Positions 10,074 through 18,971 of a DNA stretch of 64,000 bases are shown here, piece after piece. Numbering within the stretch: the first letter of the stretch is position 1; each line of letters starts with the position of its first letter. Position numbers and translations under genes: made by a program. The stretch covers positions 1,440,001 through 1,504,000 of the forward strand of contig OY759353.1 of assembly GCA_963662315.1 (NCBI GenBank). The letters run 5' to 3'. Under the pieces are notes generated by a model. That model was given only the letters and a program-made list of their open reading frames with translations. It made no database searches and was not told the DNA's origin. This DNA is from Geopsychrobacteraceae bacterium (lineage in GTDB: Bacteria > Desulfobacterota > Desulfuromonadia > Desulfuromonadales > Geopsychrobacteraceae).

Positions 10074-11228
10074 ATGAGCCAAAATATCAGCTCTACCCTA
10101 CCCTCGATCAACCACAACGATCATTTACAGGCATTGCAGCACACGCACCAGAAACGCAACACTCCTACTCACCACACTGACAGTTCCAGACATGCCATCC
10201 GGGACAGGTACCGGAAAACGCATGAGGATTTAGGTTCCAAGGCATTTACCAGTCTGACCAACTCTCTGGCCAGAGCCTTTACCAACGCAGTCAAGGTTGA
10301 CCAGCAGACAGGGGAAGAAGAAACGACCCAAGGGGGCTTGCAGCGGGTCGCCAAAGATCTGCAGAAACTGTTTAAAGGCATGGGCTTTCCACCACAGATG
10401 GCCAAGCAGTATGCCCGCGACATCAGTTCGGCCATGGGACAGGAAGGCGTTGAACAGATCGACTTCTCGCTCGAAACGACAAGATCCCTGACCGTCTCCG
10501 CCTATAACCAGTCTGGAGCGGGGGTACCCGGTGACGATGAATCAGCCGTAGCTTCATCTCAAGCATCAGGATTGCAGCTTACCGTCGTTCAGACCCGGAA
10601 CTTTGATGTCTCCATTAATCTGACAACCGGAGAATTCTCGCTCACCCGAACCTATGACGAAAGCTTGACCTTGTCCACCGTTGCTGCTGACAGTCAGGAA
10701 AATACGGAAATGCCGACAGGTCTAAACGCTGAAGATACAGAGGTTACGCCTGACGAGATAAATACACCGGCAACGGTCGGTGAGGATACAGATAAAACCG
10801 TAATAGAAGAGCTCCCGACAGTAACAGACCAAAACCAAGTTGACGCTATTCTGTTCCAGCTCAGTCACTCCATCAGCCAATCAACACTTTTTACTCAGCA
10901 GCAATATGCTGATGAAACAGGCAAGGAAGTGACTGACGGGGAGCAAGCGGTCGCTGCAGACAACACCCTATATCAGCTGCAATTATTCGCAGAAACCCGG
11001 CTACAGATTAACTTTGGAGAGACCAGCCTGTTTGAATCGATGACCAATATCTCAAACTTGAGAATCGAAAGTATAGATCAGCAGGAGTACCTGCGTTTCA
11101 GTGTCCAGGCCGTTGCACCGGTCGGACTGACGACAGTGGATAAAGATGGGAGCAGCAGCACCGTTTACCCGAGGCCGAATGGCGGGATTGGTGAAATGAC
11201 AACAGAGAGCCAGGCCGTATCGGCCTGA
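10074..11228 (+). CDS. Hypothetical acidic, Thr/Ser/Gln-rich protein
   Basis: 384-aa ORF with a GGGAGG RBS and its own promoter and terminator. No recognisable domain, no signal peptide, no Cys or Trp. Confidence 0.8.
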   Translation: MSQNISSTLPSINHNDHLQALQHTHQKRNTPTHHTDSSRHAIRDRYRKTHEDLGSKAFTSLTNSLARAFTNAVKVDQQTGEEETTQGGLQRVAKDLQKLFKGMGFPPQMAKQYARDISSAMGQEGVEQIDFSLETTRSLTVSAYNQSGAGVPGDDESAVASSQASGLQLTVVQTRNFDVSINLTTGEFSLTRTYDESLTLSTVAADSQENTEMPTGLNAEDTEVTPDEINTPATVGEDTDKTVIEELPTVTDQNQVDAILFQLSHSISQSTLFTQQQYADETGKEVTDGEQAVAADNTLYQLQLFAETRLQINFGETSLFESMTNISNLRIESIDQQEYLRFSVQAVAPVGLTTVDKDGSSSTVYPRPNGGIGEMTTESQAVSA

Positions 11229-11235
11229 TAAACCG

Positions 11236-11276
11236 ATCGGCCCGGCAAATCGATATTGCTGGGCCGATTTCTTTTA
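11236..11276. terminator. Terminator between convergent genes
   Basis: ATCGGCCCGGCAA...TTGCTGGGCCGAT followed by TTCTTTT. Confidence 0.7.
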
Positions 11277-11288
11277 TAGCTAAAAAAA

Positions 11289-11738
11289 CTATTGTTCAAA
11301 AAGCTGCCGAATATGTTCTATGCGCTTGCGGTTAACGCCAAAATCACTATACCCCAGGCGTGAAGCGGAACGCACTTCGACCTCTTGCTGATGACCGAAG
11401 AAAAACTCTACATCATCAACAAACCCCATCAGTGCGGAAGAAAACTCTACATGCAGATAGAGATCGGTTTCCGCAACAATGCGATTGCGGGCTAGCGTCG
11501 ACAATATATCGTTTAACCGGTTACGCGCCCGGGTAACATCGTCCCGGTAAATCAGGGGTTTTATATAATGTTTTTCATCTGAGGTGCTTGCCTGACTGCT
11601 GACGCAATTAGGAGAAGACGGACAAACGGCAAATTTCCCCTGTTTAACGCCCAGATTAGAGGGCACCTTTCCTGAACAGCCCCAGACCATGGTCACCACC
11701 AGAACACTCAGTGTCATAATAACTCTTCTGCCAGACAT
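11289..11738 (-). CDS. DUF1499-family lipoprotein
   Basis: Lipobox-like VWGC, CPSSPNCVSSQ, GFVDDVEF and RSASRLGYSDFGVNRKR. Confidence 0.88.
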   Translation of the reverse strand: MSGRRVIMTLSVLVVTMVWGCSGKVPSNLGVKQGKFAVCPSSPNCVSSQASTSDEKHYIKPLIYRDDVTRARNRLNDILSTLARNRIVAETDLYLHVEFSSALMGFVDDVEFFFGHQQEVEVRSASRLGYSDFGVNRKRIEHIRQLFEQ

Positions 11739-11788
11739 ACGCCCTCCGCGGTATTTATGACAAAAGGTCAGAATAAACTTTCCAAGCC

Positions 11789-12187
11789 TTACAGCGGCCG
11801 CTTCTCTATTTCTATCAAAGAACCTTTTAGCTGTTCAATCGTCTCAGCCAGCCGGGCATTCTCCTGACGCAGTTGCCGTATCTTGTCAACCTGCTCTGAA
11901 ATAGTACTTTCCTGCCCTCTCATCAGTTCCTTCCGTTGTTCTACTTCTCGGGCATAAAGTACCACGGTGTAAGCTCTTTGAGCCCAGACACTATCGGGAT
12001 AAATAGCGATAAAGTCTTCTAGAACTTTCAGCTGACTGGATTCCTGAAATGTCGCGAAAGCCTGTTCAAAAGCCAACTGATCAGAAGTTACAGGAACTTT
12101 ATGCGGTTGTGCCTCGAACTGAGAACAAATCTGAGCACAACCACCAAGAAAAAGGACCAATATGAAAACGACACTTAACGGCTTCAA
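11789..12187 (-). CDS. Coiled-coil lipoprotein (QseG/YfhG-like organisation)
   Basis: Lipobox LGGC and a C-terminal coiled coil ending IEQLKGSLIEIEKR. The TTG start overlaps the upstream TGA by 4 nt. Confidence 0.75.
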   Translation of the reverse strand: MKPLSVVFILVLFLGGCAQICSQFEAQPHKVPVTSDQLAFEQAFATFQESSQLKVLEDFIAIYPDSVWAQRAYTVVLYAREVEQRKELMRGQESTISEQVDKIRQLRQENARLAETIEQLKGSLIEIEKRPL

Positions 12188-13509
12188 TGTTTTCGTTTCT
12201 CCAACATATAATTGCTCCCCTGTTGAATCTTAAGATATTCTTTAAGACGTGCACAATCCTGGCTGATCGCCAGGCGTGAGGGATATTCATAGTGGGTTGA
12301 GGGGACTACCGCTATCGAAATAGTCATCAGCGGAAAGGTTCGTTTGACGCCATACCGATCTTTGCCGGTAAAACTTTTTGCTTCCCGATCCTGTTGATTA
12401 TAATAAGAAGGGATTGTTTCGTCAAAACGCTGGACAATCTCCTGGGCCAGTAATTCTGCAGATTCCAGGTTCGTCAGAATAACGTAATCATCTCCCCCGA
12501 TATGCCCGACCAGGTCTGCTTCGGATCCTTTTTCCATTACCACATTTTTAAGTAATTCACCAACCATGGCCAAGACATCACTTCCGGCTTTATAGCCATA
12601 GCGATCACTGTAAGCCTTGAAATTATCAAGATCGATATAAAGATGAGAAAATGGCTCTTTACTGGTAATACGGCGATCCACTTCACGATCAATAGCCAAA
12701 TTACCCGGGAGCTGGGTCAGGGGATTGGCATCAAGACGTAATTGCTCAAGCTCCTGAAGTTTCTCCCCCATCATTCGAAAATCATTGGCCAACTGAGAGA
12801 ATTCATCCCCACCTGACAATTCGGGACGATAATCAAAACTACCCGCAGAGATTTTCTGCGTTGCAGCCTTCAAGGCTTTCACAGAACGATGAATACTGAA
12901 CATAACCGTCAACGAAACGGGAGCGGACAGGCAAATGCCGATCAAGGTCAACAGCGCCGTCATTTGGAAGGCATCATTGGTACGTTCAGAGAGGCGCCCC
13001 AATCCGGTATTGATCTCCTGCTGTTTTTTCTGCCGGAACTCTGCCAGATACTTCAGGATCTCAATCCTGACCGGGATGGTTTTTTCGTTTGAGATCTCCT
13101 TTGCCCGGCCCCAGCTTTCCCAGAACAGGGCATCGGAAAGATCGTTTTCGGCCTGTCGATAAGTCTCAACCAATTTGATAAGAACCTTAACAGGTTCCGC
13201 TATCGGGGGACGGTTTAATGCAAGAGCGAGACGAGTAAATTCTTCATTGCGGTTGAGTCGCAACTCACTCAGAGTGGAATCTTTCAGAATCAACAACTGC
13301 TTTTCAATATTTTCCTGAGCCAGAAGATTCTGTTGCAGATCACGCACCAGCTCAAACATCCGAAACTCGACATTCACCAGCTGTTCCGTGTCACGTGTCT
13401 GTTGATGCAAGCGGGTCAGGGCAAAACCGATAGCACTGAGATTAAACACCAAGATAACCAGATACCCGGCTATCATTTTTTTTGTTACGGTGGAAAAAAG
13501 AGAGCGCAT
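12184..13509 (-). CDS. Membrane sensor-HAMP-GGDEF protein with a GGDDY variant motif (candidate Hypr-type cyclic dinucleotide synthase)
   Basis: Two TM helices around a helical periplasmic domain, a HAMP domain (GDEFSQLANDF), then DANPLTQLPGN, DLDNFKAYSDRYGYKAGS and HIGGDDY. Confidence 0.9.
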   Translation of the reverse strand: MRSLFSTVTKKMIAGYLVILVFNLSAIGFALTRLHQQTRDTEQLVNVEFRMFELVRDLQQNLLAQENIEKQLLILKDSTLSELRLNRNEEFTRLALALNRPPIAEPVKVLIKLVETYRQAENDLSDALFWESWGRAKEISNEKTIPVRIEILKYLAEFRQKKQQEINTGLGRLSERTNDAFQMTALLTLIGICLSAPVSLTVMFSIHRSVKALKAATQKISAGSFDYRPELSGGDEFSQLANDFRMMGEKLQELEQLRLDANPLTQLPGNLAIDREVDRRITSKEPFSHLYIDLDNFKAYSDRYGYKAGSDVLAMVGELLKNVVMEKGSEADLVGHIGGDDYVILTNLESAELLAQEIVQRFDETIPSYYNQQDREAKSFTGKDRYGVKRTFPLMTISIAVVPSTHYEYPSRLAISQDCARLKEYLKIQQGSNYMLEKRKH

Positions 13510-13656
13510 GATTCGTCTTTCATCCGTTCACACATTTATATTTTTAATGGATTGATTTAAATTATTCGATTCTTCAGGTTCCATTAATAACATAAAAGCG
13601 CCCAAAAAGGACGCTTTATCTATGTTGGGCGACTGTTACATAGTACTTTAAACTGG

Positions 13657-14364
13657 CTACATCCCTAAGTAGGCCTTTTTAACATCTTCATTACTCAACA
13701 ATTTATCTGCTGAATCAACCAGTGTTATCCGACCATTTTCCATGACATAGCCACGATGGGCAAGCTTTAAGGCCTGGTTAGCATTTTGCTCAACAAGAAA
13801 GATCGTCGTATTGTTTTCCTTGTTAATTTTGCGGATGATATCAAATATCTGCTTGATAATAAGAGGGGCCAACCCCAGTGAGGGCTCATCCAATAGCAAA
13901 GCCCTTGGTCTTGCCATCAAGGCTCGGGATATGGCAAGCATCTGCTGTTCACCACCAGAGAGGGTACCACCAGCCTGATTACGACGTTTTTCCAGGATCG
14001 GAAACAGCTCCATAACATAGTTCAGATCCTGCTGAATCAGTTTTTTATTGGTCCGCAGGAAAGCGCCCATCTCCAGGTTTTCCAGAACAGTCAGATCGGG
14101 GAAGATACGTCGCCCTTCCGGAACCTGGATGATCCCCTTCTGGACAATTTTATCCGCGCTTAAATCCTGAATCGGGTCGCCGTCCAGTGTAATCTGTCCG
14201 GAGCGTGGCGGGGTAATACCGCAAATCGTCATCAGAGTTGTTGTCTTCCCGGCACCGTTGGCACCGATAAGAGCAACAATTTCCCCTTCTTTAACCTCTA
14301 GAGACACGTCCTTTAGAGCCTGAATATTTCCGTAATAGGTTTGAATATTGTCAATCTTAAGCAT
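13657..14364 (-). CDS. livF: Branched-chain amino acid ABC transporter ATP-binding protein
   Basis: GANGAGKTT, VPEGRRIF, LSGGEQQMLA, LLDEPSLGLAP and VEQNA. Start MLKIDNI overlaps the livG stop. Confidence 0.93.
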   Translation of the reverse strand: MLKIDNIQTYYGNIQALKDVSLEVKEGEIVALIGANGAGKTTTLMTICGITPPRSGQITLDGDPIQDLSADKIVQKGIIQVPEGRRIFPDLTVLENLEMGAFLRTNKKLIQQDLNYVMELFPILEKRRNQAGGTLSGGEQQMLAISRALMARPRALLLDEPSLGLAPLIIKQIFDIIRKINKENNTTIFLVEQNANQALKLAHRGYVMENGRITLVDSADKLLSNEDVKKAYLGM

Positions 14365-15157
14365 CAGTATCTTCTCCCAGATAGGCTTCGATGACTTTAG
14401 GATTATCCTTGATCTGCTGCGGGCTTCCTTCGGCAATCTTTTTCCCGTATTCCATGACAAAGATCGGATTGGAGATATGCATAACCAACTTCATGTCATG
14501 CTCAATCAGCAGGATAGCGATATTCTCTTCCTCGCTGATACGGCAAATCAGGCTATCCAGCTCTGCCGTTTCCTGGGGATTCATCCCTGCGGCAGGTTCA
14601 TCAAGCAGCAACAGGAACGGATCTGTCGCCATCGCCCGGGCGATTTCCAGGCGCCGCTGAGCTCCATATGGAAGATTTTTGGAAAATTCATTAGCCAAAT
14701 CGCCCAATCCGACCTTTTCCAGCAGTTGGTAGCTTCTCTCTACAGTTTCCTGTTCTTCTTCGCGTACACTTTTACCCCGCACAATGGAACGGAAAATACC
14801 TGCAGTCGTACGACAATGACGCCCAATCATGACATTTTCCAGAACTGTCATATCAGGAAACAGGCGAATATTCTGAAATGTCCTGGCTAAGCCCATTTCG
14901 GTCACTTTATTCGGCTTCAAACCATTAAGACGCCGCGTTGGCAGCCCCTTGGGGTGCAACAGAATATCCCCTTTGGTTGGGCAATATATCCCGGTAACAC
15001 AATTGAAAAAAGTGGTTTTCCCAGCTCCGTTGGGGCCGATCAATGCAGCAATCTCACCTTCGTGAACTTCCAGCGACACCCCGTCTACGGCACGTAAGCC
15101 GCCGAAATCCATGGTCAGCCCTTTGACCTCGAGCAATTTATGTTTCTTATCAGTCAT
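14357..15157 (-). CDS. livG: Branched-chain amino acid ABC transporter ATP-binding protein
   Basis: GPNGAGKTT, ARTFQNIRLF, LPYGAQRRLEIARA, LLDEPAAG, EHDM and VIEAYLG. Confidence 0.93.
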   Translation of the reverse strand: MTDKKHKLLEVKGLTMDFGGLRAVDGVSLEVHEGEIAALIGPNGAGKTTFFNCVTGIYCPTKGDILLHPKGLPTRRLNGLKPNKVTEMGLARTFQNIRLFPDMTVLENVMIGRHCRTTAGIFRSIVRGKSVREEEQETVERSYQLLEKVGLGDLANEFSKNLPYGAQRRLEIARAMATDPFLLLLDEPAAGMNPQETAELDSLICRISEEENIAILLIEHDMKLVMHISNPIFVMEYGKKIAEGSPQQIKDNPKVIEAYLGEDTDA

Positions 15158-16583
15158 CGGACTTCTCCTTCGAACCTTTATATTGATAGGTCTGGCGAAG
15201 GTTACTGATCAGACCCTGTGGCCGGAAAATCATCATTAACGTCATGGCAGCACCAAAAGCGAGCATCCGGTATTCGGAGAAAGCACGCAGATATTCAGGC
15301 AGTAGTATCAGAATAAAGGCTCCCAGAATAACCCCAAGAATTGAGCCCATACCGCCAAGCACAACAATGGACAGAACGATTGCAGATTCCATAAAAGTGA
15401 AACTGGAGGGATTGATAAAGGTGGTTTTAGCGGCAAACAGGACACCAACCATCCCAGCCCAGAAGGCCCCTAACGCATAAGCCGACAATTTGGTTCTGGC
15501 CATGTCAATGCCCATGGCAACGCAGGCAATTTCATCTTCACGCAAGGCAATCCAGGCACGCCCGACACGACTGTTTTTAAGACGATTGGTCACCAGAATG
15601 GTAAACACCACCAGGGCAATCATAATGTAGTAAATATAGGTGGTCGATCCGTCCAGAGAAAGATTAATACCAAACAGACCGGGCTTGTCGATATTGGCGA
15701 TACCGCTCGGGCCAAAAGACAGTTCATCCCAGTTCTCCATAACGACCTTGAATATCATGCCAAATCCAAGGGTCACAATGGCCAGGTAATCGCCCCGCAA
15801 CCGCAGAATCGGAAAACCGAGAATAACTCCAAACAAACATCCGATGATCCCGCCGATCGGCAAAGTTACCCAGAACCCCAAACCAAAATGGTGATTGAGT
15901 AACGCATAGGAGTAAGCGCCAATGCCAAAAAAAGCAACATAGCCAAGATCAAGCAGCCCGGCAAGCCCGACCGTCAGATTTAATCCCAACCCAAGCACGA
16001 CATAGATCAAGGCCGAAATCATAATGTTGCTCTGATAAGTATCGACAACCAGAGGGAAAATAAGTGCGATAACGAGTATCGTTAATTGGGCACGGATTCG
16101 GAAATTCTCGTTCTCCAGCAACTGCATGCGTGGTTTGTCAGACACGGCCTCAGAAATTTTGGCGAAGCGTCCAACCCCCTTCAGATACTGAACTTTGCGA
16201 ATAGCAACGGCAAGCGCAAAAAAGAACAGAAAAAACAGGAGCACATAAAGCCAGACCGCATACACCCCATAAACAACAACTGGAACAATCTGCAGTGCGG
16301 TCAGCAGCAACACCATGAAGCTGTTCTGGCATAGAGAATCTTTTCTGATCAGTTCCTGAAGACCAGCATGGGCAGCGATCGTCTTTTCTTTCATGGCCTG
16401 ACGTCGCATTAAAAAACGCCAGAAATAAGACAGAATAAAAGATTCGTATGCAACCCAGATCAGGCTGGCCCAGCGCCAGGTCACAAGTTGGTCCGAGGTA
16501 TTGACCCGGACCACCATCAGCGGGAAGGTGAGAAATACAAACCAGACAGCGACATATACAGAACGTTTAAAATTATCCAGCAT
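15150..16583 (-). CDS. livM: Branched-chain amino acid ABC transporter permease
   Basis: GLAGLLDLGYVAFF, LRLRGDYLAIVTLGFG, GRAWIALREDEIA and VVLGGMGS. Confidence 0.93.
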   Translation of the reverse strand: MLDNFKRSVYVAVWFVFLTFPLMVVRVNTSDQLVTWRWASLIWVAYESFILSYFWRFLMRRQAMKEKTIAAHAGLQELIRKDSLCQNSFMVLLLTALQIVPVVVYGVYAVWLYVLLFFLFFFALAVAIRKVQYLKGVGRFAKISEAVSDKPRMQLLENENFRIRAQLTILVIALIFPLVVDTYQSNIMISALIYVVLGLGLNLTVGLAGLLDLGYVAFFGIGAYSYALLNHHFGLGFWVTLPIGGIIGCLFGVILGFPILRLRGDYLAIVTLGFGMIFKVVMENWDELSFGPSGIANIDKPGLFGINLSLDGSTTYIYYIMIALVVFTILVTNRLKNSRVGRAWIALREDEIACVAMGIDMARTKLSAYALGAFWAGMVGVLFAAKTTFINPSSFTFMESAIVLSIVVLGGMGSILGVILGAFILILLPEYLRAFSEYRMLAFGAAMTLMMIFRPQGLISNLRQTYQYKGSKEKSDD

Positions 16584-16595
16584 CTGCAGCCTCCT

Positions 16596-17498
16596 TTAAA
16601 CTTTCTGCTTGGTCGCCTTGCCGAGAATACCCGCAGGGCGCAAAATAAGAATCAGAACCAGCAAGGCAAAGGTAAACAAATCCTCATAATCACTGGAGAG
16701 ATATCCGGCAGCAAAGCTCTCGGCCCATCCGAGAACCAGTCCACCAAGAACGGCACCGGCAATTGATCCGATACCACCAAGGACCGCGGCAGTAAAAGCC
16801 TTTACCCCGGCCATAAAACCAATATAAAAGTTGACCTGACCAATATAAGAGGCGACCAACACCCCTCCAAGAGCAGCCAGGGCAGAACCAATAACAAAAG
16901 TCAGAGAAATAATCCGATCAACATTTATTCCTACCAGGCGCGCCATATTCATATCCTGCTGCGTAGCGCGCATCGCTTTACCAATTTTGGTTTTTTTAAT
17001 CAGAAGCGTTAACAGAATCATGGTGATCAATGTCGTCACCAGGATAACCAGCTCCGGAGAACCGATGATATGTGCGACCGGTTCCATGAAATCAAAATCG
17101 GGGATTAAATTAGGGAAAGGGAGAAAGTCAGAGGTCTGCACCAGCAACACATAATTCTGCAGAAAAATTGACATCCCAATGGCACTGATTAATGGTGACA
17201 GCCGCGGCGCTCCACGCAACGGTCGGTACGCAATTTTTTCCAGGGTATATCCATAAGCACTGGCCCAGATAATAGCCGCAATTGCGGCAATTATCAGAAC
17301 GGATACGCCAGAAAAACCATAAATGGTACAAACTCCAGCTACAATCAAAGCGACGAAGGCGCCGATCATATAAATTTCACCATGGGCGAAATTTATCAGC
17401 TGAATAATGCCATAAACCATGGTGTAACCAAGTGCTATGAGAGCATAGATACTCCCCCTGGTTAAACCACTGAGAAAGAGTTCAAGGAAATAATCCAT
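16596..17498 (-). CDS. livH: Branched-chain amino acid ABC transporter permease
   Basis: GSIYALIALGYTMVYG, INFAHGE, GKAMRA, KAFTAAVLGGIGS and RPAGILG. Confidence 0.93.
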   Translation of the reverse strand: MDYFLELFLSGLTRGSIYALIALGYTMVYGIIQLINFAHGEIYMIGAFVALIVAGVCTIYGFSGVSVLIIAAIAAIIWASAYGYTLEKIAYRPLRGAPRLSPLISAIGMSIFLQNYVLLVQTSDFLPFPNLIPDFDFMEPVAHIIGSPELVILVTTLITMILLTLLIKKTKIGKAMRATQQDMNMARLVGINVDRIISLTFVIGSALAALGGVLVASYIGQVNFYIGFMAGVKAFTAAVLGGIGSIAGAVLGGLVLGWAESFAAGYLSSDYEDLFTFALLVLILILRPAGILGKATKQKV

Positions 17499-17592
17499 AA
17501 CCTGACCTTATCAGAAAATTGTCACGCAACAGTAATTACGTGTCAGAGTTCCTTACCAATAGATGCAATAAATTCCAGCCTTACATAACACA

Positions 17593-17622
17593 TCAGGGGA
17601 CTGGTAAACACCAGCCCCCTGA
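17593..17622 (-). terminator. Intercistronic hairpin after the binding-protein gene (terminator or mRNA stabiliser)
   Basis: The minus-strand sequence TCAGGGGGCTGGT-GTTT-ACCAGTCCCCTGA pairs fully with one G-U pair. This is the typical position in ABC operons. Confidence 0.6.
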
Positions 17623-17672
17623 CAGAGTTAAACAGTGCAAAAAAAGAAAGTTTCAGACATGACGCAAAAATA

Positions 17673-18788
17673 TTATTTCATTTCAACGAATGCGCCATTT
17701 TTGACGTTATAAACAGTAAAACCAACACCTTCCGCGTCACCTTTACTGTCAAATTTGATTTTTCCGACCGGCGTATCAACATACTGAGTCCGCAAGGCCT
17801 CAACAACCTTGGCGTAGTCAGTAGAACCGGCTTTTTCCACGGCATTCAGCAGGGCCAGTGCAGCAGCATAACCTTCCTGAAAGAAAGCACCCGGATCAGC
17901 ACCATATTCTGCTTTAAATTCAGCAATGGCTTCCTTGTTAAGTGGATTGTTGGAAAGGTCGAGAGGCCCGGTCATGTATGCACCTTCGGCAGACTCGCCT
18001 GCAACCTTCAGGAAGCTATCGTCCTTAACCCCGTCATCAGAAACAAAAAGAGTGTCCATCCGCTTACGTTTCATCTGGGCAACGAGTTTGGATGCTTCCG
18101 GGTGATAACCACCCCACAACAGGACCTCTGCTTTTTCACGACGAACTTTCTGAATGATGGATGAATAATCCATGGCACCAGGAGTAATCCCCTCAAAAAG
18201 AACGATTTCAGCTTTACCTGATTGTTCAATAAACTGCTTAGCGAACTCAGCAAAACCCTTGCCATAATCACCCTTATCATGCAGCACGGCGATTTTGGTT
18301 TTGCCCAGTTTGTTGATAATAAACTCAACCGCAAGCTTAGCCTGCATATCATCAGAAGCGATGGTACGGAAGAAGTTGGGGTATTCACCACTCTGAGTCA
18401 GTGGAGGACTGGTCGCAGAAGGAGACATGACCGGAATATTGGCTTCTTTGTAAATCCCCAGAGCAGCTCTGGTCGCGCCCGAACAAATATGGCCCAGCAC
18501 GACATTCGCACCATCCGTAACCAGTTTCGTCGCCGTATTGGTTGCGATTTCAGGTTTGCACTGATCGTCCTGAATCAATAATTCAACCTGTTTCCCCAGG
18601 ATACCGCCGTTGGCATTAATCTTTTTAACGACCAGTTGGGCGGCGCGCATAGCAGGAATGCCATAAGGGGCAAGGTCACCACTGTGAGGACCAGCAACAC
18701 CAAGTTTAATGGTATCCGCAGAGAATCCGGGAACAGCCACACCCAGCACCAAGGCCAGACCGATGAAACACTTTGAAAGCAACTTCAT
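17673..18788 (-). CDS. livK: Branched-chain amino acid ABC transporter substrate-binding protein (LivJ/LivK family)
   Basis: Signal peptide, IKLGVAGPHSG, DDQCKPE, GHICSGAT and HDKGDYGKG. ATG 18788 has an AGGAGG RBS. Confidence 0.92.
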   Translation of the reverse strand: MKLLSKCFIGLALVLGVAVPGFSADTIKLGVAGPHSGDLAPYGIPAMRAAQLVVKKINANGGILGKQVELLIQDDQCKPEIATNTATKLVTDGANVVLGHICSGATRAALGIYKEANIPVMSPSATSPPLTQSGEYPNFFRTIASDDMQAKLAVEFIINKLGKTKIAVLHDKGDYGKGFAEFAKQFIEQSGKAEIVLFEGITPGAMDYSSIIQKVRREKAEVLLWGGYHPEASKLVAQMKRKRMDTLFVSDDGVKDDSFLKVAGESAEGAYMTGPLDLSNNPLNKEAIAEFKAEYGADPGAFFQEGYAAALALLNAVEKAGSTDYAKVVEALRTQYVDTPVGKIKFDSKGDAEGVGFTVYNVKNGAFVEMK

Positions 18789-18971
18789 GAAAATGCCTCC
18801 TGATAAGAAGTTTAAGAAAGGAAAAACAAGCACCAGTTTAGGAGCCAGCAAGTAACAACTCCTGAAAACGAATCAAGAACAGAGTTTTAATACATCACAA
18901 TACGCTAAAAGAACAAATTATCAAAATTATGTTAACTCAGGGTTAACTATGCTGTCCCCCAAAAGCTCTTG

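Noticed and set aside
18929..18948. GTTAAC-N5-GTTAAC palindrome upstream of the liv operon
   Set aside because: Single occurrence with no assignable regulator, so it could be chance.
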